Assembly (NCBI GenBank): GCA_000004985.1
Contig: GG738870.1
DNA: 64,000 nt
Source of the DNA: Naegleria gruberi
Taxonomy: Eukaryota
Direction: 5' to 3' (one strand)
Position numbers and translations under genes: made by a program. Position 1 is the first letter of the stretch. Every line of letters starts with the position of its first letter. Positions 10,390 through 21,387 of this stretch are shown in pieces. The notes under the pieces are model-generated. The model was not told where the DNA came from. It did no database searches and saw only the letters and a list, made by a program, of their open reading frames with translations.

Positions 10390-12012
10390 TTAATAGGACT
10401 TGATATGGTGCTGCTGCTGCGAAGAAGAAGAAGAGGAATGGTATTGGTGTGAAATGATTGGTCTTGGGTGTCTTGGTGTTGAACTGAAAACATTGGAAAA
10501 ATCCCAACTACTTAAAGTTGTCTTGAAACAGAATGGGGCTAACAGTGACAATAAAACAAAAACTGTACCAGGGAAGTAAATGTAAATGACAAATTGAACA
10601 AAATCAATGTCAGGGAAGAAGACGTACATTAAGAAGAAGGCTAACCAAATGACAACGAGCTGGACAACACAGGCATATCTAAATACCAAATCCCAATCAT
10701 CTTCAGAGGCATTCCATAACTCTAATATAAAATCTTTGAGAGATAAATTCTTCAAATGATTCCATAAATTGATAAAAGTATTGTGTGGTTCTTCAATTTC
10801 CTTTGGTTGTTTTGAATTTTGATCTATTGGCTTGGCTTCCTTAATTTCTTTTTGGGCCTTCATTTGTTTTTCCATATTTCTCTTTGTACAACTTCTGTAG
10901 AAAATAATGGCCAAGTAGAATAACACTTCAGAGGAGTGATCAATAGTCATGATGAGTTTTTGTACCATTGGTGGATACTTGAAATTGTCCAAGAGATATA
11001 ACCAAGGTACTTCTACGAAAATTTCTTCAGTATAAATTGGCCAGAACATTTTCACACCCTTCATATAGATTACATCCAATAGAGTGTGGAAAATAAAACC
11101 AACCAATAATCCAATTGCAAATGGAATGTTAAGCCATTCGTGGTCCTGTTGAAGTTTTTCCCAGAATGACAACGATGTTTTTTCTTCCGATAATTGTTGT
11201 GAAATATTCTTTTGTGGTGCTGCTGCTGAAAATTCAGAATCTGTTGGGAGGGATTCATCCTCTTCCTCTTGAACTTTCACTTGTTCGGTTTGCATCTTCA
11301 TTTTAGCTACTAATTTTCTATCCTTCTCATTGTACAAATAGACAAAGTAAAGTAAAAGTGGTAAAAAGAATACTAGAGAGTGAGTGGCACCTCTGTGTAA
11401 TGTTTCAGCAACTTCCTTATGTTGATCAGGACCCCAACCCAAGAATAAGAAAGAAAGTATAATTGTAAGAATAACAACACACAAGTCAATGTCTGGTAAT
11501 ATGGAACCAACAAGAAGACCATATTGGAACCATTCTCGGTCGCTCTTTCTATAGTAAATTCTATGAAGAATTGGTGTGAGTCCATCTTCTCCTCCAATAG
11601 AGAAGGCAGGTTTAGAGGCGTACGTACTCGTACTTGCTGCTGTTTTTTCATAGCAACACTCGGAATGATGAGGAAGAGAGGTAGACGAAGACTTGATACT
11701 AGTCTCACAACAAGGGTCTACTTCTAATGATGAGGACAAGGTTTTGCAAACTTTGGAAGGATTCTCAACAGTTGAGGTTATGGAAGAATCGGCAATTTTG
11801 GAGAGGGATGATGAAGATGAGCTATTAGAGTTGGACTTGGCAAGTTGTTGTTGTTGTTGTTGGACAGTGGAGGTAGTGGTGGCGTTATTGTTAATAGCTA
11901 TCGATGATGAAAGGGATCGTTTCCTTCTTCTCGTAGCATCCACCAGGAAGGCTATCCATTGAAATATATAGAATAATAAGAGACCAAACAGAAAATGTAT
12001 TCCTCCAGGCAT
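10390..12012 (-). CDS. Multi-pass membrane protein with YdjM/DUF457-like motifs (HRGATHS…HTLLD), a possible membrane-bound metal-dependent hydrolase. It has an N-terminal Ser/Thr/Gln-rich region.
   Basis: The 540-aa ORF has several predicted TM helices and the HRGxTHS motif. Family assignment is from memory and is tentative. Confidence 0.5.
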   Translation of the reverse strand: MPGGIHFLFGLLLFYIFQWIAFLVDATRRRKRSLSSSIAINNNATTTSTVQQQQQQLAKSNSNSSSSSSLSKIADSSITSTVENPSKVCKTLSSSLEVDPCCETSIKSSSTSLPHHSECCYEKTAASTSTYASKPAFSIGGEDGLTPILHRIYYRKSDREWFQYGLLVGSILPDIDLCVVILTIILSFLFLGWGPDQHKEVAETLHRGATHSLVFFLPLLLYFVYLYNEKDRKLVAKMKMQTEQVKVQEEEDESLPTDSEFSAAAPQKNISQQLSEEKTSLSFWEKLQQDHEWLNIPFAIGLLVGFIFHTLLDVIYMKGVKMFWPIYTEEIFVEVPWLYLLDNFKYPPMVQKLIMTIDHSSEVLFYLAIIFYRSCTKRNMEKQMKAQKEIKEAKPIDQNSKQPKEIEEPHNTFINLWNHLKNLSLKDFILELWNASEDDWDLVFRYACVVQLVVIWLAFFLMYVFFPDIDFVQFVIYIYFPGTVFVLLSLLAPFCFKTTLSSWDFSNVFSSTPRHPRPIISHQYHSSSSSSQQQHHIKSY

Positions 12013-13173
12013 AGTGTTACAATGTTGTTGTTATATAGGTTTGTTGTTGTTGTTTTAAAGAGAGTGAAAATATCTTTTGATATTAATTCAATATAATAAA
12101 TTGATGAATAAATAACAAGAATGATGATGTGTAAGTCCACAAAGAAGCTTATTACCTAGTTGTTTTTTGTAGTAATATAATTGTAGTAAAAACTTGAGTG
12201 AATATTCTTATTATACACTCCTCGATAGTAGAGAGAGAGAATTTTGTATTCTTGATGATGATTGAAATGACTCAACAAGACAATACAGTGGAATGGAAAC
12301 TCTTGCAAAATCTTTCCACTCTATTTCCACTCCAGAAATACACAAAGTGAAATAACAACACTTGATGAAGGACAATAAGTTCACACACACTACTAGTAGT
12401 ATATCGTATTGTCTTTCCTGCAACTAAACAAAAGTACTGCTTGTGCTGATACCAGGGAATGGATCGTTTTTTTCAATAAAATTCAAAAAGATTCGGGCTG
12501 CGAGAGCATGATTTTACGTTGGGTACCCTTCAGCGTCATCACAGCAAAGATGAAATTTTTTCAAATGCTTATTCTCAACGTTAGTGGACGTGAGAATTTA
12601 TTACTCGATTAAGAAGCACAACTTTTATGATTTGCAAATTGCCGAAGGGAAATCGAGCTTGTGATGGTAAGCTGTTCGATATTTATTTTGCTTATGAGGG
12701 TATCTTTATCAATTTATTATCAAGTAATGTAATTAAATAATATATTCAATATAGAATAATATTTCATATGAAAATTGTTGTTGCATGGGTAAAAATGTTG
12801 TTATCGGACATGGAAATAAGTTTCTAATTTGAAGCAAAAGTACAGTCCTGATAACTCAGATTCTATTTTAACAAGTAAGATGATGTGCATGTTTCTAATT
12901 AAAAAGCAAAGCTAGTAACACAACTATTAGCACTAACAATTCAAAATTTTCCTCAATGTCGTTCAAGAAGGAATTACGGCAACAGCTGTCGTATGAGCAA
13001 TGTGAAAATTGTTAAGCTTGTAATCATTGCTTTACAAATTGGAAACACAACTCATATGACAAGTCATGAATTTGAGCAAATGGCTCCAATTAATAGAAAG
13101 ATTGACGTGACAGATGAAAAACTTTACACAAAGTTCTAGTATCTTTGTTTTTGATCAAGCTTAAATCGTAACA

Positions 13174-14601
13174 ATGCTTCCAAATGATACAACGTGTTCA
13201 TCAACACTGTCAACATGTCACATCCACCTTCAAAAAAAATACAACACCATGAAAAAGGAACGTAAATCTTTACTTTCAGGTTTGAGACCACAAATCCTCA
13301 AAATTCTAGAGGTAGACGAATGTTTGCAACATTTTAAAGAATTCTGTGTAAAAGCTCACACCATAGAAAGTTTAGATTGCATATTAGAGATCAAGAATTT
13401 TATGGAATCAGATGAAATTCTCTCTGTGAAGCAGAATAGATTGAATACCATATGTAAAACCTATGTACTGGGCAATTCGGATGTCAATATAAACGCAGAG
13501 ATGAGGAATAATTTACTTCGATACAACAATGAGACCATTGAAATCTTTACTGAACAATACGAAACAATTAGGAAAGCTCTAGAAAGTATTAGAGATGAAT
13601 TGATTGGCATTCTAGGTTGGAGAGTACCCCATTTTGTTGAAAGTAAGCATTGGCACGAATTTACATTGGAATATCCCCAATTGTTGTCGTTGTGTCTTTC
13701 TGAGATGGATCAGAAAAAATACGAAAGCATCAGATATAGAAAGGAAGACTTCCTCAGAGATAGATTTTCAGAGAAGGAAGTACTGCTGTGTGAATTTATG
13801 AAAGACGATCAATCAATGTTCAAACTTGAGAAGTCAGATCTGGATGGATGTTTGTCAGTTTTTTCATGTGATGGTTCTGTTTTATTAGATGAAAAAGATA
13901 TTGGAATGGGCAAATTTCAGGGTTTTAAGGTTGCTGGATCACTACCTTATCCTTCATGGTTGATTATATTGGCCTTATCTAGCAGTAAATTCCATGCAGG
14001 TACTTGGGAAGGATATCGATTTGATAGAGAGTATGATTTCAGATTTATTCCTTCCTCTGAAGAGAATGGTCAACTATTTTATGACACCCACATTTCAAAG
14101 CTTGTTGTGAAGTATACTAAATTAGCAGAGCACCGTTCTTGTTATTGTATGACTGAAAATTTGTACAAGTCTAACAGAACGTATATGGTTAATAAGTCAA
14201 TTACACCACAAGCTGGTAGATATGTGCCTAATTATTATGAAGAGGATATTAATCAAGATATATTTGGAGAATATGAAACACTGCATTCACCACTTGGTGA
14301 TAATCAATCCTTATTCTCCTATGGCAATCTTACTAATCCAGGTGGTATGTTACTATCCAAACTAGGCACTCCTCAAAAGAGATTATTAGATATTGCCACC
14401 ACTTACAGAGAAAATATAATAGGTAATATTAAGAAAATATTGGAAAATGATGGACGTATCTTGAAAACTATGGAATCTGTGTATAGTACAGTTAAAACCA
14501 GATTGGACAGATACAAAATTGCTTCTAAATCTACTGATCCTCATATATTTGAATTATCATTCGAAGAACAATTAAAAAATTTAGTGATTCCAAAAGAATA
14601 A
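13174..14601 (+). CDS. Soluble protein with an N-terminal RGS-like domain and a C-terminal region of unknown function
   Basis: The 475-aa ORF has an RGS-box-like pattern at its N-terminus (FKEFCVKAHTIESLDCILEIKNF…YVLGNSDVNINAEMRNNLL). Confidence 0.5.
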   Translation: MLPNDTTCSSTLSTCHIHLQKKYNTMKKERKSLLSGLRPQILKILEVDECLQHFKEFCVKAHTIESLDCILEIKNFMESDEILSVKQNRLNTICKTYVLGNSDVNINAEMRNNLLRYNNETIEIFTEQYETIRKALESIRDELIGILGWRVPHFVESKHWHEFTLEYPQLLSLCLSEMDQKKYESIRYRKEDFLRDRFSEKEVLLCEFMKDDQSMFKLEKSDLDGCLSVFSCDGSVLLDEKDIGMGKFQGFKVAGSLPYPSWLIILALSSSKFHAGTWEGYRFDREYDFRFIPSSEENGQLFYDTHISKLVVKYTKLAEHRSCYCMTENLYKSNRTYMVNKSITPQAGRYVPNYYEEDINQDIFGEYETLHSPLGDNQSLFSYGNLTNPGGMLLSKLGTPQKRLLDIATTYRENIIGNIKKILENDGRILKTMESVYSTVKTRLDRYKIASKSTDPHIFELSFEEQLKNLVIPKE

Positions 14602-14794
14602 AATTTCCAGTTTCTCTAAAAGGAATTGTAATATCGTATGTACTGTTAGTACTGTTATCAAGAGAAGTCAATTGAGATTGCATCGAGTCGAGCATTGAAT
14701 CCTTACTGGATATGCAACTAGATGGATTTTAGAGTCCTGGATATTTTGTGGAGAATTGTGGAAAATGAAGGTTGTTATTATGTACATTGGAAAT

Positions 14795-15874
14795 TTACAA
14801 TTTGCTTGGTTTTTGACCATCCTCAACAAGATTGGCAGGAACCATAACCTTGGCTTGTCCTTGCATAATGAGAATATCTCCTTGTTTTTCATCATTTCTG
14901 TAGCAATTGGTCTTGAGTGTGATAATTTTTCTTTGTAGGTCAATATCCTCAATTTCAACACGAGCTTTGACTTTCTCTCCAACTGGAAGTGGTTGTTTGT
15001 ATTTGTAAGTTTGTTCTAGGTAAACTGTGCCGTCTCCAGGAAGATGAGCTCCCAAAATTCCTGAGATTAGGGAAGTCAGCAATTGTCCATGAACAATTGG
15101 TTTCTTAAATCTTGTCTTACTAGCAAATTCAGCATTCAAGTGAATTGGATTGAAATCTTCACTCAACTCGGCAAATTTCTTAACATGTTCATGAGTGTAC
15201 TTTTTGGAAATCTCTGCAAACATTCCAACCTTCAATGGAAGAGTCTTATTAGTTGTAACATTACTAGTCACTGGATGAAATTGATAACTTTCATATTTAG
15301 TAATGGCTTCTCTCCAAAAATCTGGAATTGGTTCCTTAGTTTTCTTTGCAAAATCATAATATACAATTACTGTTAATTTGAATTTTCAAAATGAGTGGAT
15401 TATGAAACAGAGTTCAGTTAGAGGAAGGACATTTGAATGTACATACCTGCTTCTGCTTCACACCAAACTTGTCCCTCATAGGAAACTCTATAGTGTTGAG
15501 TGAATGAAGAGCTGCCAACTTGTGAGGTACGAATGAATACATCACATTGTTTAAATCCCTTTCCTGGTGCAATACATCTCATATCACACTGTTAAACACA
15601 TTAATTGTTTCAAATAATATTAGAAGAATTAGCTTACCTTCAATAATACGAAAGGATAGGTCAATGATTCTGGATCCAACAAATTCAATGTATTTGGTCC
15701 AAAATAATCAGTTCTAGCCTCTTCAAACAATGTCAAATAAATAGCATTATTCAAAACCTTCTGATTGTCTTCATCACTCCATCTAGTTGCCAATGTAACT
15801 CGATGTCTAAAGACTGTTCCTGCAGGAATAACTCCCTTCTCTCTTGGTGCTTGTGATGATGATGATGCAGACAT
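14795..15874 (-). CDS. Double hotdog-fold protein: an N-terminal 4HBT-type thioesterase-like hotdog plus a C-terminal MaoC-like (R)-specific enoyl-CoA hydratase domain. It has 3 exons: 15874..15638, 15588..15447 and 15369..14795.
   Basis: Intron 1 is 15589..15637 (GTAAGC…TTTAACAG, 49 nt). Intron 2 is 15370..15446 (GTATGT…ATTAACAG, 77 nt). Splicing joins …YPFVLLK|CDMRCIAPGKGF…EAEA|VIVYYDFAKK… in frame into the MaoC ORF (DFNPIHLNAEFA, IVHGQLL). Confidence 0.75.
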
Positions 15875-16213
15875 TTTAAATCTCGATTCTGATGATGGTT
15901 TGAATTGAAAAAAACAATTTCCGAACTTGAGTAAAAATACAACGATCAGCAAGAGTTTTGTTGTTGATCTTTTTTTTGTGTGCTTTAATTTTCCTGATTA
16001 CATTTAATTTTTTAATTTGGATTCTTTGATGGATTCTTGTAGCATTGAAAGTTGTTAATTTTCCGGTAAATCTTGTAGTTGGATTTTGTAAACTTTGTAT
16101 CATTGTTAATAAGGGAGTGAAAGAGAATGTGCATTGTGAATGGCAAATCCTCTCTAATGGATGAATTTTCTGAAAGAAATGAATATGTAAATAAAAGAAT
16201 CAATTAGAATATA

Positions 16214-16286
16214 GCCCGTCTAGCTCAGTCGGTAGAGCGCAAGGCTCTTAACCTTGTGGTCGTGGGTTCGACCCCCACGGTGGGCG
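16214..16286 (+). tRNA. tRNA-Lys (anticodon CUU), 73 nt
   Basis: Acceptor GCCCGTC/GGTGGGC, D-arm GCTC-AGTCGGTA-GAGC, anticodon loop CTCTTAA, T-arm GTGGG-TTCGACC-CCCAC. A T-rich terminator follows. Confidence 0.9.
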
Positions 16287-16418
16287 TTTCATATTTTATT
16301 TTTTACCTATTCGAAAGGAAGTGAATCTTTTTGATTTTCTATTTTGTTTAAAACAAGTTCAATACTTTCCGATCGTTTACAATTTTTAAATATTAAAAAA
16401 AAGAAAATTACAAAAAAA

Positions 16419-17348
16419 ATGTCATTGCTGAATCAAGATGAGGAGTGCTGTACAGTGGAATTGATTGATTTCTCCAGTTGTTGCAATAGTGACTCATATC
16501 AAGATCCAATGATCGGAATGTTGAAACAAAAACTTAGATCACCAAAGCGAATCGCCTTCTCCAACAAATTTGAAGAATTCAAAAGTATTGAATTTGATGA
16601 TGATGTGTATGATGTTAGGATTTCTAGATCCTGCTCATTGATAGTTGTTGTTAAGAGTAACTGTTTTGTTTTTATTGATTATGAAACATTGGAAATCAAG
16701 CAACAAGTAGAAACTGCATGCATATATTTCGAACTTGAGGAAGATTATGATAATTGTGGAAATGATGCCTTGTTGATGAATCATAATAGGATTATTTCGA
16801 AATATGATTTGAAACAATTTATAATTACAGAAGGGAGTTGTCAACCCATTTGGACCTATCGTACTGAGACAGATATAACTATTACTAGCAAACCAATTAA
16901 TGCTATGATTTTGGATGGAAAAAAAGTTGTGATCTTTAATGAGGATAATTGTATGACTTTTCTTGATGCCAAGACAGGAACAAAGCTAATGGAGTACACA
17001 ATCAAATTGGAGAGCTCTGTTTCTGGATGCTTTGAACCTGATCGTAGGAAACCAAATACTCTGTATCTCTTCATGAAGGAAATGATGAAATTTGAATATG
17101 AGAATGGGAATTGGAAATGTACCTCATTTGCTACCGGTCATAGTAATATTGATGGATTAGGCATGGATAGAGTATCTGGTATTCTTTATTTTAGTGGATA
17201 TTGTGAGAGCAAATGGAGCATTTCTGCATATACAACTTGTGGAACTTTTATTGGAACACATTCTGTCACTTGCTCTGGTTTTTACATTGACGAGAGAACA
17301 GGGTTAATGTACATGGCAGAAACGGGCAAGATTTCAATTGTGAAATAA
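16419..17348 (+). CDS. Hypothetical protein of about 310 aa with no recognised domain
   Basis: The long ORF has a compositionally normal translation. The likely ATG at 16419 sits in an A-rich context. Confidence 0.45.
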   Translation: MSLLNQDEECCTVELIDFSSCCNSDSYQDPMIGMLKQKLRSPKRIAFSNKFEEFKSIEFDDDVYDVRISRSCSLIVVVKSNCFVFIDYETLEIKQQVETACIYFELEEDYDNCGNDALLMNHNRIISKYDLKQFIITEGSCQPIWTYRTETDITITSKPINAMILDGKKVVIFNEDNCMTFLDAKTGTKLMEYTIKLESSVSGCFEPDRRKPNTLYLFMKEMMKFEYENGNWKCTSFATGHSNIDGLGMDRVSGILYFSGYCESKWSISAYTTCGTFIGTHSVTCSGFYIDERTGLMYMAETGKISIVK

Positions 17349-17989
17349 TGAATTAACATTTGGTTTTTTCGATTTGGTAATCTTCTTATTAGTGTTGATT
17401 TACACGACCATAGTTTTCATGGAGGATTTATGCAGTATCCATCAACTTGCTGTTTGTTCAGGATTCAAATTCCAATTTGTTTTGGAGTATCTAATTAATG
17501 GCAATAATCAAAAAAGAAAAGACTACAGCACCACAGGTTCCCAAGTTGTCTCCAACCTCAGTACTGATGTGGCTCGACGATGCTTAACTTCTCAAATCGG
17601 ACGGGATGAGGTGCATTCATCGTGATATGGCCGTAGCCATTCAATTCTTTAAATTGTTCAATATTAATGTGTCTACTCATGGGAAATTCAAATATCAATA
17701 TATAACAGCTCACAAAGTTCATTCTTAATTTTAATCAACACTAAAATCTACAAATAGAGAGAAAGATACTAAGCAATAATGAGTTAAAACAAAATTAAAG
17801 AATCAATGGTTGAATTATCCAAGACTATTTTCGGAGTCAGTTAACAAGCAAAATAAATGAAGTTCCTCTAACTTCCTCAAAATGTTACCACCATAACCAT
17901 GTCCTCCCATTTAAAGCAAGTCTACACGGAGTTAACAAGCAAAATAAATTTTCGCTTGGATTTTCCACATAGTTTCTCCCACAAAAAAA

Positions 17990-18592
17990 ATGATCCTCCA
18001 ACGAATCCTTTTCGTCTGCATTCTTTTAACTTGGATTGGACTTTCTCTTGCATTGTCCATCCACAAGCCAAAACTTGTCTCCACCCTTTCCAAAACCTCA
18101 CAAAAAGAACAATTCCTCATCACAACATACTTTGATTACTTTAATTGCAAAAGTATGGACTATTTGAAATCAATAACCATTGAGCCAGTCACCTCAAGCA
18201 ATAAATTTTACTGTCAAAACACCCAATGTTACACCACCAGTCATTGGGATATAACCATGAATTATAGATGTGTCTATTCTGAATTGAGTGATCTCTTCAA
18301 GAACTATTCCATGCCACTTGCAATCGAATATCAATACGATACTGAAAATGGAGGCAACACATGCAAAGATGATTTATTGCAAGAAATTACAGCCTATCCA
18401 GCAGCAGATTGTATTGAGAGAAATCACATTCCAATCACTTATGAATGTAAGAATGGTTATTATATTGAAACTCTTTACAATGCATCAACCCCAACTACTG
18501 AACCATGTCAATCTAATAATATTATTAAGCAAACAAAGATTCCAATCAATACTTGCACCACTGATGGTTACATGTATAATTGTAATCAATAA
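17990..18592 (+). CDS. Secreted Cys-rich hypothetical protein with a signal peptide and about 14 Cys
   Basis: The ORF has an N-terminal hydrophobic signal-like segment (ILFVCILLTWIGLSLALS) and many cysteines and N-glycosylation sequons. Confidence 0.45.
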   Translation: MILQRILFVCILLTWIGLSLALSIHKPKLVSTLSKTSQKEQFLITTYFDYFNCKSMDYLKSITIEPVTSSNKFYCQNTQCYTTSHWDITMNYRCVYSELSDLFKNYSMPLAIEYQYDTENGGNTCKDDLLQEITAYPAADCIERNHIPITYECKNGYYIETLYNASTPTTEPCQSNNIIKQTKIPINTCTTDGYMYNCNQ

Positions 18593-18624
18593 AGTAAATA
18601 ATCAAAATTAAAAGTTAAAAGGTG

Positions 18625-18695
18625 TAGGAAGACAGGGAATCGAACCCTGATCTTAGGAACCACAATCCCATGTTCTACCACTGAACTATCTCCCT
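18625..18695 (-). tRNA. tRNA-His (GUG), second copy, identical to 4549..4619 but inverted
   Basis: It is the exact reverse complement of the first copy. The 3' flank ACACCTTTT(T/A)… is also conserved. Confidence 0.8.
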
Positions 18696-18820
18696 TCTTC
18701 TTGCCTTAAGATTAATTTTATAATTATTGTACAATTCTTCTCCCATTGCTAATAATTTACATTTATTGCTACAATCAATTTTATCCACATTCATTTCCTT
18801 CAATGTTATATTGTGCACAA

Positions 18821-19642
18821 TCAGTGGTGAGTGTGCTCTTCTTCCTTTCCTTCATGTTTCTTTGCTAATTTATCCAATACACCTTGAGCATTGGTCAAGG
18901 TTTCGTTCACGAGAGCATGAGCTCCACCAATCTTTACTCCCACATGGGCACAACAAGCATTATCAAAGTCCCAATCATGTAACAAATTCTCAAGCCATTC
19001 CTTAAATAATTGAGGAGCAGTTTCAGTCTTATTCAAACCACCATTAGTCATTGAAGGATGGAAATCCATTTGACCTGACTTTTTTCCCAAAACCTTGAAC
19101 AACAATGAAGGATTATCAAAGTAATTAATAGTATCATCTACGTGAATGGTCTTGGCAACAGGTGAGAAGACCCAAACAGAATTGAAATGGTTAGTAGATT
19201 CAGGAACTGGTGCAACAAATTCAGCACCAGCTGGAATTCTCATTTCTACATCTGGAGACCATTTGTTGAGATGATCCATAATATTACCAGCCCATGGAAT
19301 ATCCTTCTGATTACGAATATGTCTTGGAGTTCCATAATAAGATGCACTGGAATAGTTTTTATAAAAATCAGGGAAAGCAAGTGTATGGAACGGATGAGTT
19401 GCAACAACAGCTTCAATATCAACTCCATTATTTGTCAATTCATCAATTTCCTTTTTCAATTCTTCATCCAATGGTACTGTATCAATGACCAAATATTTTC
19501 CATTCGATAATCTAATCAATGACATGTGTGTACCAATATTAATCAAGCCTTTAATCTTGAATGATGCTCTAATATTGAAAAAGTTTTTTCCGATCTCCTT
19601 GATTCTCTTCTCGACCACAACTGCTGATGATTGATTGCCCAT
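18821..19642 (-). CDS. Hypothetical protein with an N-terminal myristoylation signal (MGNQSS)
   Basis: The 273-aa ORF begins Met-Gly-x-x-x-Ser. It has an acidic His-rich C-terminus and no confident family assignment. Confidence 0.55.
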   Translation of the reverse strand: MGNQSSAVVVEKRIKEIGKNFFNIRASFKIKGLINIGTHMSLIRLSNGKYLVIDTVPLDEELKKEIDELTNNGVDIEAVVATHPFHTLAFPDFYKNYSSASYYGTPRHIRNQKDIPWAGNIMDHLNKWSPDVEMRIPAGAEFVAPVPESTNHFNSVWVFSPVAKTIHVDDTINYFDNPSLLFKVLGKKSGQMDFHPSMTNGGLNKTETAPQLFKEWLENLLHDWDFDNACCAHVGVKIGGAHALVNETLTNAQGVLDKLAKKHEGKEEEHTHH

Positions 19643-20218
19643 TTTTTTGTGTTTTTGTTGTATTTTTAAAATCTTGAATTGTCGTTGTATTTAAAGTATT
19701 CATTGGAACCATTCGAGTACGTCCTTCCACACCATCATGTACTTCCACTAGCTGATCAGTAAGCTAATATAACAAAAACAATTGGAGTTGAATTTCTTAT
19801 TCAGAAAGTAGAGATGATTAAGAAATTGGACATACTAGGAAAATAACAATTTGGCAAGAGATGATTATGGAGTACTTTTCGTTTGGTTGATTCTGGAGTT
19901 TGCTAAGTTATTGGAACGGATGCAAAGCATAAGAAGTTTCAGATGAACAGTGTAAATGGTTGAATGTTGTTATATTGCAAAATCAATCCTTTTTTTCTAA
20001 TAGAAATCAATAATTGAAACAGGACATTAGTAAAGTATGCGTTGCACATTAAAATATTATCCTGTAGTTCAAGAAAATATGTTGCGTTTCCAATTCGATT
20101 AGACCCTTCTAATTGATCATGTCCTTGGAGTAGATTCTCCGCCAAACTATTTAAACAAATTCCAATGAAATATTGTCAATTAAAAACAGTTCAAAAAAAG
20201 TACTTTCAATTAATTACA

Positions 20219-21133
20219 ATGCTCTCCACCAACAGTACCATTACAAACAATATAATGAAAAGAATTGTCATTTTGACAGGAGCCAGTGATGGAATCGGAA
20301 AAGCAGCTGTTCACCATTTAGTCAAGGCAAATTGTCATGTAATTTTGGCATGTAGATCCAAGGAAAAAGCTGAGCTTGTCATACAACAAGTAAGAGAGAA
20401 TTATAAGGATGCATCTATGGAATTCGCAAAACTTGATTTGGCAGACTTGGAAAGTGTTTCTCAATTCTCAAAGAATTTTCTCCAAAGAAATATTCCACTC
20501 CATTCTCTAATTTGTAATGCTGGTGTTTGGACTGATAATCAGAGGAAAACAACAGTACAAGGTTGGGAATTAACGTATGGAACTAACCACTTGGGCCACT
20601 TTGTATTGGTCAACTTGTTGTTGAACAAGTTGAGGGAGACCTTGTCTTCTAGAGTTTTGATTGTCAGCTCTGGACTTCATCCAAAAGGAAATGTCAAACA
20701 ATTATTGAAAGATCCAAATTATGAAAGTGGCAAGTTCTCTGGAAAGACTGCTTATTGTAATAGTAAATTGGCAAACGTATTGTTCGGTTATGGTTTGGCC
20801 AATAGATTGGCAGAAATGAATGGACAATCATCCAATTCGAATGGTAAGGTGAGTGTCATGGTATGGGAACCTGGTGTTGTGAGAACTAGCTTATTTGATG
20901 AGGCATTTGGATTTTTGGCATATCCAATTGGTGCCTTGTTTTTCCAAAAACCTGAAAAGGCCAGTGAACCAGAAGTGCATTATGCTATTGATTTTGAACA
21001 TCCTGTTGAGGGCATGAAGTATTTTGCCCAGTGGAAGGAAACGGAGAGTTGTACTGATAGTTATAACAAAACCTATCAGGATGAATTGTGGAATATGAGT
21101 TTGGAACAAACAAGAAAGTACCTTGACATGTAA
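20219..21133 (+). CDS. Short-chain dehydrogenase/reductase (SDR), retinol-dehydrogenase-like
   Basis: The N-terminus carries TGASDGIGKAAV (Rossmann fold), followed by NAGV and the catalytic YCNSK (YxxxK) motif. The upstream in-frame Met at 20165 is probably 5'UTR. Confidence 0.8.
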   Translation: MLSTNSTITNNIMKRIVILTGASDGIGKAAVHHLVKANCHVILACRSKEKAELVIQQVRENYKDASMEFAKLDLADLESVSQFSKNFLQRNIPLHSLICNAGVWTDNQRKTTVQGWELTYGTNHLGHFVLVNLLLNKLRETLSSRVLIVSSGLHPKGNVKQLLKDPNYESGKFSGKTAYCNSKLANVLFGYGLANRLAEMNGQSSNSNGKVSVMVWEPGVVRTSLFDEAFGFLAYPIGALFFQKPEKASEPEVHYAIDFEHPVEGMKYFAQWKETESCTDSYNKTYQDELWNMSLEQTRKYLDM

Positions 21134-21387
21134 ATTCACATCTTTTCCAATCAATAAATTGTAAATATTTTGAATGAAATTTTTCAATCACATTTTGTAA
21201 CATTTCCATAGTATTATTATTTCCATTCATGGAAATTTACATACATGTTCACAGCATGCATGATTGAAATATGTAAATAGTACAATAATAAAGCTGAACA
21301 TAATCATGAAATATTCCAAATTAGAGCATTAGCAACGATAACTATAAAACCAGTTATCTTGTCTTGCTAATTAACATATTTTTGAAA

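Noticed and set aside
12013-13173. 1.1-kb gap with small ORFs 12211..12423 and 12409..12612
   Set aside because: There is no coding signal, no RNA-like structure and no repeats. It is most simply a long intergenic or promoter region between two divergently arranged genes.
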